Positions 36,784-50,326 of a DNA stretch of 64,000 nt are shown here, piece by piece. The stretch is taken from contig NW_003526944.1 of assembly GCF_000181795.1 (NCBI RefSeq), positions 4,868,479-4,932,478 of the forward strand, in the 5' to 3' direction. The DNA is from Trichinella spiralis. Taxonomy: Eukaryota. The notes under the pieces were generated by a model. The model saw nothing but the letters and a program-made list of their open reading frames with translations. It was not told where the DNA came from and did no database searches. A program made the translations under genes and the position numbers. Numbering within the stretch: the stretch's first letter is position 1; the number at the start of each line of letters is the position of its first letter.

Positions 36784-39700
36784 ATTTTTCTTTTTTGCAA
36801 TCGCTGTTGCGAAGAATGCTTGCGTAAGTGTTGCACAGTGACGATTAGATTTGATTTGTTTAAAATTTCAAAATTTTCAGATGGATTTTATTATTTCTAT
36901 CCAGTACAATTGTGAAATGTCAAAGTTTAAATGGTAATATGATAATGTTGATTTGAAAATTTTTTGCAAAATTTCCATATTCATATGCATATTTTGAAGA
37001 GTGCACTTTTCGAAGCCAACGCAGCGGTCGACCTGTGTACAAAGTCGATGACACGTTGCCTGTTGGTAAGAGCTGCATGTTGAACTACTACACAGCTGCA
37101 GTTGATCCACCCATTTTTTAAGGAACAGTTTTGCATTCGGTTTATGTTCAACAAAGCGATGCAAAGGTTGGTAAGATCACCTTAAACGGTGCTCTTGCTG
37201 CACACTTTTCAGACAAGTTTTCACTGAAGCATTCTGCAGATGGTCGACTGCAGTTGATCACCAGTGGCTATTTGCATTTGGTTGTTCATTTTAAAATTTT
37301 AATATTATTTTTAAAAATATTTAATACTAAATTTTTATTTAGCCAAATTATCCATCACATTTGCTCCAAACATCTTTGAACGTGCAAGTCTACTGCAACC
37401 AACGATCGGTCAACTTTGCAACTATAATAATAAATGCTACAAATCGTCAAATTCCAGACTGGTATAACAGGCCATATGAAATCAGCATACCAGAAGTATT
37501 GAATTGCACATTAAAAATAGAAATATTCATATATTTCTTTTTTTCAGGATACTCATATTAATAATCTGATTAAGACGCCACTTTTATGTATAGACTGGGA
37601 TCCGTCACCGTATTATGATATAAAATTTGAAATTTCTGTAATTCTGTGCATTTTGTATGATTTAAATTATTTGAAATCCATCCACACAATTTAGAAAGGA
37701 AACGACGAAGCAGTCTTTGAACTTGTCTGCGTTAAAGGGCAATCATATTTAGTGGAAAACTTGCCTGCTGATATTCAACAAATGGATTGGACTAAAGTAA
37801 AGCTGCCACGCATTGTTTTTCTAAAATTGTTAAAACCTTTGGATTATGATTATGGAACAAGATCGTATTTTTTGAATATTACTGCTCAAGTGAGATTTAA
37901 AAGAAAAATTAAAACTTCATATTTATCTACATATATGTTTTCTTATAGGACAGAGCAATTGGAGGAATACAGTGGAAAAGTTGGACTACCTTGGTAGTTA
38001 AAATTGAAGACTGTGATGACTTGCCTCCAAGATTTAGTGCTACACGATATTTTGGAACTTTAAATCCGGTTAAAAATTTTTATTTCTATTCTTTGATCTG
38101 TTTATTTAACTGAAATTGGCTAAATAAATTTCATTTGCAGGACATCGTTCCTGGCTCTTCGATACAATTATCTCCGAAAGTTGAAGCTGTTGACGGTGAC
38201 CCATCTTTAAATGATACCATTATATTCTCTTTAATCACGGGTAAATGATAAATTTAGTGGAATTTTATTATTAAGTTTGTTCCTTTTCAGGTAATGAATA
38301 CTTTAAAGTTGATGAAAATACGGGTACTTTGATTTTGCACTCTGCAATTCCGAAATTGTTTTCCAAATCGACATTCCAGTTGATTTTAAAAGTTAAATTA
38401 ATTTGTAAAATTTTTTTCTGAACTGTAAAGATGAAATTTTTTCAGGCTGCTCAAAAAAATAATCCTGCCATGTATGCTACTGCCAAAGTGCAATTACACT
38501 TAATCCAACGTCCGGGTCAACAAATTCTATGTCGCATCAATACAACAGTGTCAGCGGATGCGGAGAAAGATACGACAATTTTGCATGTTCAAAATGAAAA
38601 TGTTTGTGCGACTTTCTGTTTTTAAAAAGTATTTTCAGTTTCATATTTCAGATTCTGAACAAACTTTCTGTTGAGACAGAAAATGAAAATGACAGGACTG
38701 CATTTGCGGTGAAATTTGATCAAAGCGCTATTGTGCTTCGAAATCCTTCAATTTTGCATTCCACTTCTAAATCTTCACTTGGATTGAAGGTATTTCAATT
38801 GTTTCGTATTTTTTTGCACACTGTTGAGATGATATTTAAATTAGATTATTTCTTCTTCTCCTGATTCATACTTTTTCGTGGATGGAGTAGGAAAATGTTC
38901 AGCAGCAGTGGTTGTTGTCAACATTCGTCGTACAACAGCAACGTCTAATGCTGTTCTCAAATCTGATAGCAGTGTTCCGGTATACTTTTGAAATTGCGCA
39001 AATTTTGTGAAAGTTTTAAAAATCTCGTTTATTCTGTTTCAATTCAAGCAAGCAGTACAGCAAGTTACAACTATACCGTCGTCAACTGCTCCAACAGAAG
39101 TGCCATTGAATCAATATAACGTTAGCATATTTGTTTTTGAAAATTCCATTCCAACTGCTCTTTATCAGGTAAATTAACTTTATTGAATATTTTTTCAATT
39201 AATATACAAAATAAATTATCGCGCACAGGTAGCTTCGAACGCCGGCAATGCAACTTTTGCAATTGTTGACGGAGATTACACCCATTGCCGTGTAGATGCA
39301 AAGTCTGGGAAAATAGACGTTGTAAAGAGTTTTGACTACGAAGAAAGCCGAGAATCTTTTCTCAACATATCCATATGCTCAAATGATGCTTGTTCTTTTT
39401 TTACTGTTCAATTAATTATTGTCGACGTCAATGACAATGTGCCTCTGTTCGAGCAGCAGAATTATTCAGCAACAATATTGGAGCACGTGCCGCCTAGAAC
39501 GAGGGTAGTACAAATTGTAGCCCACGATGCCGATTCGAAATGGAACGGCAACGTCAGCTATGCAATGAAGCAGGCGATGATGGATTTTTCCGTAGACTAT
39601 GAAACTGGCTGGATTTTGACCAGATCTATTTCCACAAAGCCAGGAATTTATCAGATGACGGTGATTGCTTTTGATCACGGCAGTCCAGCTTTGGAAAGTT

Positions 39701-42700
39701 CATGCAATGTTCAGGTGACTGTCAAAGAATGTGCGACCAAACCGCCTGTATTTGGTTCGAATGTCTACTCTGTTGACGTCAGAGAGGATGCCCCTGTTGG
39801 TTTTGCTGTTATTCAGCTCAAGGCTAACGTTACGGATATGAAAAGTAATGAAAGAGTTTTTTATCGTTGGCATGGTCACGTTTCCAACGCCTTCTCTCTG
39901 GATGCACTCACCGGCATTGTGAAAATTGCCAAACCACTAGACTATGAAGAGAGAAATTATTTTCAATTTCTGATAGAGGCTGTTCGAGAAGGAGCCGAAG
40001 AAGCTAGAATTTCTAACCAAGTTCTTTTGAAGGTCAACATTTTGGACATTAATGATAATGCACCTATATTTATGATTCTTCCTGAACGTCTGGTCATACT
40101 GGAATCACTGCCCTTGCAAAGCCATCTGTTGAACATCACCGCCCAAGACAAGGATAGTAGTGCAAATGGAAATAATGTCATTAATTACAAGCTCGAAGGC
40201 GAAAATTGTGAAATGTTTCGAATTCATCCAAAATCCGGTGAACTCATCGTCAATGAGCATCTGTCATCTGGGCTATACGAGCTTTACATCATTGCCACAG
40301 ACGGTGGTGAAACGCCGCTGTCGTCGACAAAAAGTTTGCATATTTTTGTGGAAAAAGAACTCAGTCATTATCCAATATTCAGCGATTCAACTTACACCGT
40401 TCAGGCGGAATTTTGTCCGTCTTCCAATTTAATTCCAATTCGACGATTTCATGCCAGTTTGAATTCTGGCAATGCATACTATACAATTTTAAGCCCAATC
40501 ACACCCGGTTTGCAGTTGGACAGTGATACAGTAAGTTTCAATTTGCTTTATGTTAATTTACAAGCATCATTTGCATAATTGGTAACTAAATGTTTGTTTA
40601 ATTTTCAAAAGCATTCTAATCGAAACTGTTTGTTCAAGCGAATTCCCATCAATAAGAAATAAGAAAACAAAATCAGGACACACAACCGAACTTTGAAGAA
40701 AAATTGATTGCAAACCACAAGCAATAAAATAAATGAATACAAATACACATTTTATTTTATTTTATTTTATTATTTTCTTTTAATTCATTGTTTGTGTGAT
40801 TTTATGTTTTTTCTTACTTATTTCATGAAATTCATTGCACTAGTCTGTCATGATATTACAAAATTTAAATTTCGATCAATGTTATTTTACTCTACTTTAA
40901 TTGTATTTCTTTTTTCAATTGAATGCTTTTGTGTTAAGTAAACTTTAAAATAATTTTATTTTAGGGAATTCTTTTCAGTACGAATGAATTTTGCGGCAAT
41001 TTTACTGAACAGCCGAAGCATGTAGTTATCAGAGCCATCAATCCAATCAACGAGTCATATTTTTCTGACACTCTGGTATATACTGAAATTATTTAAAATT
41101 GCAAACTTTTCAAAACTCAGGTTATAAATTGTTCTAGGTTGTATTACACATGGTAAAAGTGCCAACTGAAAATGCAACATGCAATTTTCAAACTGCTCAC
41201 TTTTACGTCAATGTAAAAGAGAATATTCCAGCAGGTTTTCGATTTGATTTCGACTTGCAAATTCCTAAAGCATACTGCAACAGACAAAATGTAATTTTAT
41301 GTTATGCACGGAAAATAATTTTGCTTTATAATTATTAATAATGCTAAATATTGTTGTATTCGATTGTAGGTCAGTTATTGGATGGAAGACAATGCATTGC
41401 TTGGAATTGATTCAGATGGATCAGTAATTACAAAAGTGTCACTGGATGCTGAAGCTCTACCGCAGAATGTTAGCAATCCAAGTTTGATCAAGGTAAAGCA
41501 TATTTTCAACGCATTTTTTTCTTCTTATTTCTCTTTGGTAATATTTTAGATATTTGCATCTGACAATTTTAATGACAAAATTGCTGAATCGACTCTTGTT
41601 TTCAAAATCGAAGATGTCAATGAATACGAACCCAGATTTGAACGTGTTTTTTACAGTGCTGAGATAGAAGAAGTTGTAGCTTTTGAGATTATGTTTATTG
41701 TTTACATTGTTATTTTAATTTGAATAATTTTTAGAATTGTCCTGCTGGAACTTTTCTTTTACAAGTGACAGCATTTGATCCAGACGTATTAGATTCAACG
41801 TTGAAATATGCTGTTGTCAATTCGTCAGAATACAGTGACATGATCAACATTGATTCAGAGGGGAAAATTTTCAAATCTAACATTGGAAACTTTGATCGAG
41901 AACTTTTTCCCAGCATTCAATTTACTATCATTGTTTATGATCAGGCAAATAAGACGGTAATTGAGTTGTATTTTTTCTTTCTTTTTACCATTTGGCATGC
42001 ATGCAGCTTTTGATTCACTTTTGCAGGATACTTGCGTTGTTCAGTTTGTAATTTTGGACGTCAATGATAATTATCCAAAGTTTTCCCGTTCAATTTATTT
42101 TTGGAAAGTTGTGGAAGGTGAAATTCAATTTTTGTTCTTGGATTTTGTATTAGCATTTTTGAAATTGCTTTTTCCAGAATCAGAAGGCATTGGTCAGTCG
42201 TTTACTGCAATTGACTGTGTTGATCCGGACGATGGGGATAATGGAACTGTTCAATTTCTTCTGCTTCCGCATGAATATTCGAAACATTTTTCACTTGAAA
42301 AAGAAGCGGATGGAAAAGTAAATTTGAAGCACAATTAATTATTTATTCATTTTTTGGAAAATTTTGAATTTCATTTCAATTTTAGATGACAATTGTTTTG
42401 GTCAAGGCATTCGACCGAGAAATGAAGAGTCAAATTCCTGTTGTTATTCAAGCTCAAGATGGTGGAAATCCTCCACTCACATCTGCCGCTAGGGTATATT
42501 CTTTTCGCTTATTGAACTGTCATATGCCAACTCAATCGCTTATGCATATTGATGTATGTTTTTTTTCAATTAGTTGGAAATTGAAATTCTTGATGTGAAT
42601 GACAATCCGCCAAAATTATTAACAACAGAAGTAGTTTTTCACCTTCCATGCAATGTGCCTCCTTTGTTACCGTTCAAAATGTTCTTTGCCAATGACCCTG

Positions 42701-42881
42701 ATTGGACATCAGATTTGGCTTTCAATTTGTTTGGTGAAGATTCAGGTAAAAAAAGAAGGAACAGATTAATTCTTCAATTAGATTAGAGCAAAATATTTTT
42801 TTGGTTTTTACTTTCAAAGAGCACATGTGCAAAACTGAGATGATATGGCATTTGAAGAATTTGACGAACGATTGATTATGC

Positions 42882-42917
<36 letters not shown>

Positions 42918-45900
42918 GCTTTGCCACTTTCAGATCTGTTTCACATTGATCCAAGTCTGGGTTTGCTTTCTTTCGCAAGCATGAATACGTCATTCTACAA
43001 AGAAACCTACTCACTAAGTCTAGAAGTAACAGATGGAAAATTTGCAGACAAGGTATGCAAATTTGAATTGTCATCATGTGATTGTTGCGTTCAATTGTTG
43101 TGCATCTCAGGCAGCTTTGACTGTTCATGTGCAATGCAATTCAACGCAACCATCTGTGCTGTGTTTGGGAAAATCATTCTCAAAAGATCAGTATTCATTC
43201 AAAGTAACCGAAGCAGAGCATGATCAATTTGTCGGCAACTTGGAAACAAACCCCAAATCAGTTGATGGCACTTTTTCCTTAGTGCCAGTCAGTGAGCATT
43301 TCTTTCTTCACGAGGTAAAAATTTCTTTCTAAATTTATCTATTTGATTAAATTAAAGCTGATTTTTTGTGCTTTCAACAGCCAACAACAGATTTGATGAA
43401 AAATAAGCCATTGTTCTATGAAAAAAATCAAAACGTTTTTGTTTTCTTGGTCTATGGTAAACTGGGAAATGATCCCTCGTGCGACGTGAGTATACGAACG
43501 CACTGACAGGAAATTTAAAATCTATGTTATCATCAATGTTATTTAGATTTTCACTTCTGTTGCTGTGGAAATTGTCGACGTGAACAATCATATTCCTCAA
43601 TTTAAGAAGCCATCTTACAGTGAAACACTACCGCTGAGGATACTACCCGGGCATCCGCTGAGTACTGTATGTAATTTTCAATACATCTGAGTGTTCATTA
43701 GTGTTGAATTTACATTAAATTGAAGGACATTGAAGCTGTAGATTTGGACGACGGTTTCAATGCTAAGATTCGTTATTCTTTGGCAGGCAATGAGTCCACT
43801 TGTTTTCAAATCGAACCAGAATTAGGACGTCTGAGTGTCACTTGCAGACTTGATCTTTTGAAAAAGTACATTTATGAATTTTACATCGTCGCCACTGACC
43901 AGGATGGTTTTGGAAAATCTTCAATGGTGAACATGACCGTCACACTGACTGACGAGAAATTCAATTATCCAAATTTACGATCACGCATAGCGAAAGTGTT
44001 CAGACCGGCGGGTCTGAAATCCAACGAGCCTGACGTGATGATGATGTGCGCGTCGATGCTGAGAACAGTCGAATCGACGCTGCAATTGCAGGAAAATTTC
44101 AAATCTGGAACGTACATCTTTTTATCCGAAACTATTTTGAAGCCAAAATCACCGCACTTTTTCTTCTTCATCTCCTCGGTGGAGAGTTCGTTGAACGACT
44201 ATCTCGTGGAGCCAAAGCACGGATTGATCAGCGTCTTCAAACGAGACACCCATTTCCACAACGCCGTTTCTGTAGAAAGGAGCAATATCCTGAAAATCAC
44301 TGCCCAGAGTGATCTTTATTCGTTGACGTGTCGTCTGACGTTGACTGTGAATATTGAGAAACTTCAACAAGGCGTTCAACCGTTCCACTTTGAAAATCGA
44401 AGCATCACTTTGTCCGTAGATGAAAACGGACCTCTGGGTTAGTAGGATGTGGTTTGAAAATCAGAAATGCATTATACATAAAAATACGGCAATGCTTTTA
44501 TTTTTCTGTTTCAGACTTTGTTATTTACACAATGCCCAATAGTTGCAAATCGGCCGATTATCCCCTCTATGCATTTCACAGTATTAATTCTACATTTGAA
44601 GATATTTTTCATATAACTGAAAAAGTAAGTGAATTTTTGAATTTTATATTGTGAATTGTTAATTTTTTCTTTTATTTTTGTAATTCAATATTTTCAGGGT
44701 AGCTTGGTAGTAAAAAAATCATTTGATTATGAAACAGATTTGCGGGATTATTTCTTCATTGTGCGGGGATCTTGCGGAGATGCATTTGATTACCTTTTGG
44801 TAAGTGTTGAGATGTAAAATTTGTATGGAAAATAATAATAAAGTTTATTTAAAATTGTGCATTGCAATTACCTGAACAAAGTTTAAACGAAATATAGTTT
44901 AATAAAATTTCAAATATTTATTTGATTGGATTGAAAATAAGTAAAAAATTTAAATTCTAAAAAATTATCATTGATCTATGGTTCTTTTTCTTGAAATATT
45001 TCTTGCGAGTTTTGAGAAGAAAAGAAATTTTTTTCAGGTGAATCTTACAATCAGTGATATAAATGACAATATGCCAACATTTTCTCAGTCTCTTTACGTT
45101 CTTGAAGTACCTGAAGGCACTTATGAACGACGAGTTTCTATTGGTCACATTGCTGCAACAGATAAAGATAGCGGTCTGAATGCAGCATTGCATTATTCAA
45201 TTTTAGAAAAAAGTAGATTATCTAATTGTAGACCAATTTATCAGTTGAATGGAAATTTGTATTTTATCTTTTTAAGATGTACCTTTTGAAATTGATGACA
45301 CTGGTACGGTGTACATTGTCGGTACTGCGGACAGAGAAGTAAATCCTTCGTATAATTTAACGGTGCAGGTAAAAAGTTATCGTTGAAACAAAATTTTCCA
45401 AATTTTCATACATTTGGCACGGTGATTTCTATCTATTTTCAGGCAACAGACAGTGGAAATCCTCCACTGAGTGCAAGCACATCTCTGCATGTTGTCCTTG
45501 TGGATGTTAATGACAACGCACCTTTGTTTTACAATTCACCATCCGAAGTGACTGTACAAGGGGAGATGGAACCTAACCAATTTGTTAGTTTTGTTTAGAA
45601 AAGATTTTCACGGAAAATTAATCAATAATAAAATGCAAATGATTTAAGATTTGTCAAATCCAAGCAACAGACCCTGATTCGAATATGAACAGTGAATTGC
45701 AATATGATTTGATACCTACGAGTGATATTTTTATCATTGACAATAATAATGGTTTGTACTTTTTCTACATGTGGCTAGACATTGAATAATGATATATTTT
45801 TTTAACAAATTCAGGTACAATACGCAGTGTGAAACCGCTAGCGTTGGAGAGAGGAAAAATTCATCATTTTATCGTCGTAGCAAGTGACCATGGTCAACCT

Positions 45901-48244
45901 CCGCTGATATCTTATCACAACGTAAACTATTCAATATATATTAATAATAGTATTGTTGTTGTTGACGTATAATTTTTGAAAATCATTTTCAGTTGACTAT
46001 AAAAATTGATGATAATCATAATAATAATAACACTGATAACAATACTTCAATGATGAATACTGACCATAGTCTTTTTACAAAAACGCAAGATCAATCTTAC
46101 GTTGTGAATGTTGAAATTGAAAATGGTAACTTTTTCCAAATTATAACATGATGATTTGTGATTGTTTGCTGAGAACAATGTATTTCAGAAGGTGATTTTA
46201 CTGGCGAGCAAAATCTAGCTGAAGAATCGAATTTAACAGTGGATACAATTGAAAATATAGTTAGTATCTTTGTGATGAGAATATTTTTTTCAGTACATAT
46301 TTTATTGTTAAGGTTTCCTACGTACAAAAACCCATTGATTGGAAGTCGGATGAAAGTTTATTCGACCAAAAAGAGTATTGGACAAGTGTAAAGGAAAATT
46401 TACCGCCTTTGCATTTTGTAATAGATTTGAATTGTTCATATGAGATTGCGAATATGCCGGTATTCTATCGATTTACTGCCGGAGACAGTGGTCATTGTTG
46501 TTTTACTATTTACATTTTGTAAAACTTTTGTTTATATTGTTTAATTTTAGGCAATTTTCATATTAATGAAACTGATGGAAAAATTTTCACCACAAATTCC
46601 CTAGATAGAGAGAACCGAAGCATGCATATTTTGACAGTGCAGTGCATGAAGCAAATGCCAAGAATTGCAAGAGATTCAGAGCAGAAAATAAATCTTTTCG
46701 GTGAGCAATTATATTGTTGTTCTTTGTTTTTTTTTCTTTGGTTTTTTACAAAGCAACGTAAATAATTTCTTTTTATTTTAGGAGCATTTGATGTCAGCTT
46801 TGATTCTACATTGGTTATTGTCAATGTATTGGATGAGAATGACAATCCGCCTGCATTTGTTGAATCAGATCCAATCTACTTTTTCTTCGTCAATCCAACA
46901 ACAATGACCGACAAGCAACGTGTCATTGGTAAAGTAAAAGCGGTTGATCCGGATATTAGCTCAACTGTGACGTACAGTGTGCTTCGACGAGCAGACGATG
47001 ATTCTAAACTGTTTCGAGCTGATGAAAATGCTGGAACCATTTTTTGTACAAACCCAAATCGGCTATCTCTGATTGGTGATAGTCGGCCGTTGCGATTTTT
47101 GATTCAAGCAACTGATTCGAAATATACCACTGCAAAAGAATGTCGAGTACGTGTGTTGTTGACCAAGCAATACAATTGCTAGTTTAATTGTGTAAAATAA
47201 AAAATAATATTATTTTTATTATAAACAATCTACAATCTTTGCTTATAATGAAATGACTTTATTGTAGGTATTTATTTTGACACCTGAAAAACGAGCTACA
47301 CTCACAGCTCTACGACTACCGGAATATATCAAGTCATACAAAAATTCATTACAAAGGTACTATTTATTTTGTATGTAGTTGTTGAAATTTTTCTGCTTTA
47401 ATTTATTCACATATTTGAATGATAAACTTGATGATTATTTTCTTCATATTTAAACTGCTTGTATAATGAATAAATTTTATCCTAATTTCAGGAAAGCTGC
47501 TGAAATGATTGAATTGTACGTACATATTGATGAAGTGAGACCATTGAAAACGGTACTTGCTCAAGGGTAAATTGTTCATTCACCATCGACAACTTTGAAT
47601 TATAATTTAACAAGAAATTGTATTTTCAGATCTGAAATGGACGTCTATGCTGTTGATATAGAAAATATGCAGCTTTATTCAGGATACGCTTTATTTAGGT
47701 AGCATGTGAAATTTTGTTGTTTAATGTTAAAATCACCTCAAAAGGTGCTGTATGTTTTTATTAAAAAAATTTTTTTTCAATAAACAAATTAATTTTTTTC
47801 TTTTCTATTCAAAAAAAATGACGATGAAGGGTTTTCTTTTTCAAATTTTAGGCGTATGGAATCTGTTATGTCAGACTTGCAGAAACAGCTGGATCATTTG
47901 AGAATTATTGGAATTGAAACGGATCTAGTTTCTTCACGGAAAGAACATCCTGTGAAAAACGCAGTCGCTTTGGGAACAACGGAAATAATTCTAGCTGCAG
48001 TTTGTTTGGTGATTGTAATTGCAGTTTGCACTGGCATGGCATTTTTGATCCGTTGGTTCAGGCGAGTTCAGGTTCAGCATTGAAAAAATTAATTACAAAT
48101 AATAAATCGATGTTTCAGGATGAAGACATCTCAGCCATTGGAAAACAAGATGATTTGTCAAAACAGTGCGTCAAAAAAATGGGATTTTCAATCAGAAGGG
48201 AATTATTACCAAAGCGTACGATAAAATTGCTTGGAATGAAATGA
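36784..48244 (+). CDS. Large atypical multi-repeat cadherin (Cad89D/Cad87A/Cad99C- or Fat/Dachsous-like) with a single TM segment and short tail; first and last exons uncertain
   Basis: Many DxNDN-x-P motifs (VDVNDNVP, LDINDNAP, LDVNDNYP, LDVNDNPP, SDINDNMP, VDVNDNAP, LDENDNPP), LDYE/FDRE, A-x-D-x-D and DGGNPPL. TM segment EIILAAVCLVIVIAVCTGMAFLI lies near 47980-48050. There are more than 30 short introns. Confidence 0.92.
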
Positions 48245-48533
48245 AATGAAATGACAAAGCAATGGAATAATCATCATTTAATTAACATTAATTGGCCATA
48301 AGCATGTTTCAGTGCCTTGGATGCTGAGAAAAGCGGGTAAAATTTGTAAGTTCAGAAAACTGTACTAGAAGTTACACTATTCTATTTCGATTATTATCAA
48401 AGTAGCAATAAATTTCATCATCAATGTACGTCTTATTTATTAATACATGTGAATGTCATTTCTTGATAATAAAATGAATTTTAAAAAATTGCATACTCTT
48501 ACTATTTGAAATGGTTGGCGATGCTTGGCATCG

Positions 48534-49055
48534 TTAATGTGAAGGATGTGTTTGATGAGCAGCTGCAAGGGCATTGATATTAGGCTGGAAATTGGTGAGT
48601 TTCATGCGCAAGTCTCGACACATTTCCAGGTTCAGTCTGTTTCTTTGCTTTGATAAAATCGCATTTACCAATTCATCTGATGTGACGAAAGACACGAAAA
48701 TATCTGACAAAAGCCAATGCAACACATTTATAAAACTCTTAGAACAAAGCCGCATTTTGTCTAACTGGCGTCTAAACGACCAGTAAGAAAAGGTGGTGAA
48801 AATTTAGCCTGAAGTCAAAAATACTCTTCGCATCGCGCAAAATAAATTTCTGGTAGTGTCTGTTGATAGTTCAGAAAAGTATAAATTATTATTACAAAAT
48901 AGTTGTCGACGAAATAAATTACTCAGATGGGATTTCAAAGTTCATATTCGATCCAGGAGTTCATCAACTCCCATTGGACCCCTAAGCCTTTAAAGACCCC
49001 TTAGAGAGTCCCATCGACCCCAAGGGGTCGATATCGACCACTTTGACTACCGCTA
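48534..49055 (-). mobile_element. Degenerate hAT (Buster/Charlie-type) DNA transposon relic: transposase C-terminus plus one terminus
   Basis: ORF 48534..48755(-) ends SKQRNRLNLEMCRDLRMKLTNFQPNINALAAAHQTHPSH*, which fits the K-x-RNRL...DLR-x-x-L...P-x-I...Q-x-H-x-SH* end of Buster/ZBED5/FAM200 transposases. Positions 48975-49055 carry GACCCC subterminal repeats and a hAT-like end (TAGCGGTAGTCAAAGTGGTCGATATCGACCCC on the - strand). Confidence 0.8.
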
Positions 49056-50259
49056 ACCTAAATGTTTGATGGTAATATAAAATATTACGCAGTATAGAGA
49101 ATAACAATCTCAATTTTTTCACAAATAATTGAATATACTATTAAGCTAATTCAGCCATTAATGCTAATTGAACTTGATGAAATGAATTTTTATATTAATT
49201 GCATTGTTAAGCACTTTAAATGCCTTTAAGCAAAATAACTTTCATTATAACAGGAAAATTAATAAAAGTACACTTTTGATTTATGCTGTTTTGCTCTTAC
49301 TTCTCACTCTTATCTATTTGCTCAAAATTTGGTTTTCTTACTTTCACACTATACTGCAGAATGTCGCCTTCATACTCAGTTATTTTGCCGCCATAACAGG
49401 AGGTGCGTAATAACACTCTTGCATATCGTCTATGATTAAAAGGTAAGTGATATTCGAGAATGTGCAGATATTCTAGGGATGATTTGCCTAATTTGACTAA
49501 AAAATTTTGGTTTTTACGCTATTATTAATAACAGTGAAATATTCCCATCCCAATATTACTCTCATTTCTTATAGATGCTGCAGATGCACAACTACCACAA
49601 CAACATAGCCATTAATGGAATCTTCAAAAGGCAATTCATCATTTTCCTACATGCTAAAACCATTTGCATATTAAAAACAAGTAAGTAATACAATAATTAT
49701 ATTGTTATGTGTTATGTCATTTGCATGAATATTATCAGATAAACAAACACGCAATAGCCATGTTATACAAAGTAATTGAAGACAAATAATAGTGCATAAT
49801 AGTAATACTAAAACTCATGCGCTTTGTTTTTAAATTTCTGATTTGTAATTACTTTTCCAGAGTAGGATGTGTTGGAAATGTATACATAGCTCTGACAGAG
49901 GAAGAAAGACAATATGTAAATGGAAGACATTGTCTTACTTGCATTTTACTTATTTCGAAATTTTGAAACCTTCTACTAATTCACAACATTCAACGTAAAA
50001 ATCGAAGAGTGACTAGTGCCCAGAAATTAAATAACGGTATGTATACAATAGCGTTGATAAGAGATGACTTGTGCTGCCCTTTCCCATTGGGAAAATTTTA
50101 TGCAACTCTCACTAATGCGAAAAGCCTCTTTTATTGACAATGTGCCCCAGAAGTGCTAAACAGAAATAATAGATAGAGTGTCGTTTACTAGCAACTTGAC
50201 AGTAACCAGATTTCTACGATAGATGACACCAGGAATTTCGACTTTTCAAAAAAGCAAGG

Positions 50260-50269
50260 NNNNNNNNNN
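50260..50269. other. Assembly gap (10 N)
   Basis: N run. Confidence 1.
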
Positions 50270-50326
50270 CCAAATGGATGATGTCAGGATGAAAATATTT
50301 CAAACATGTTTTAAATTTAATTTTAG

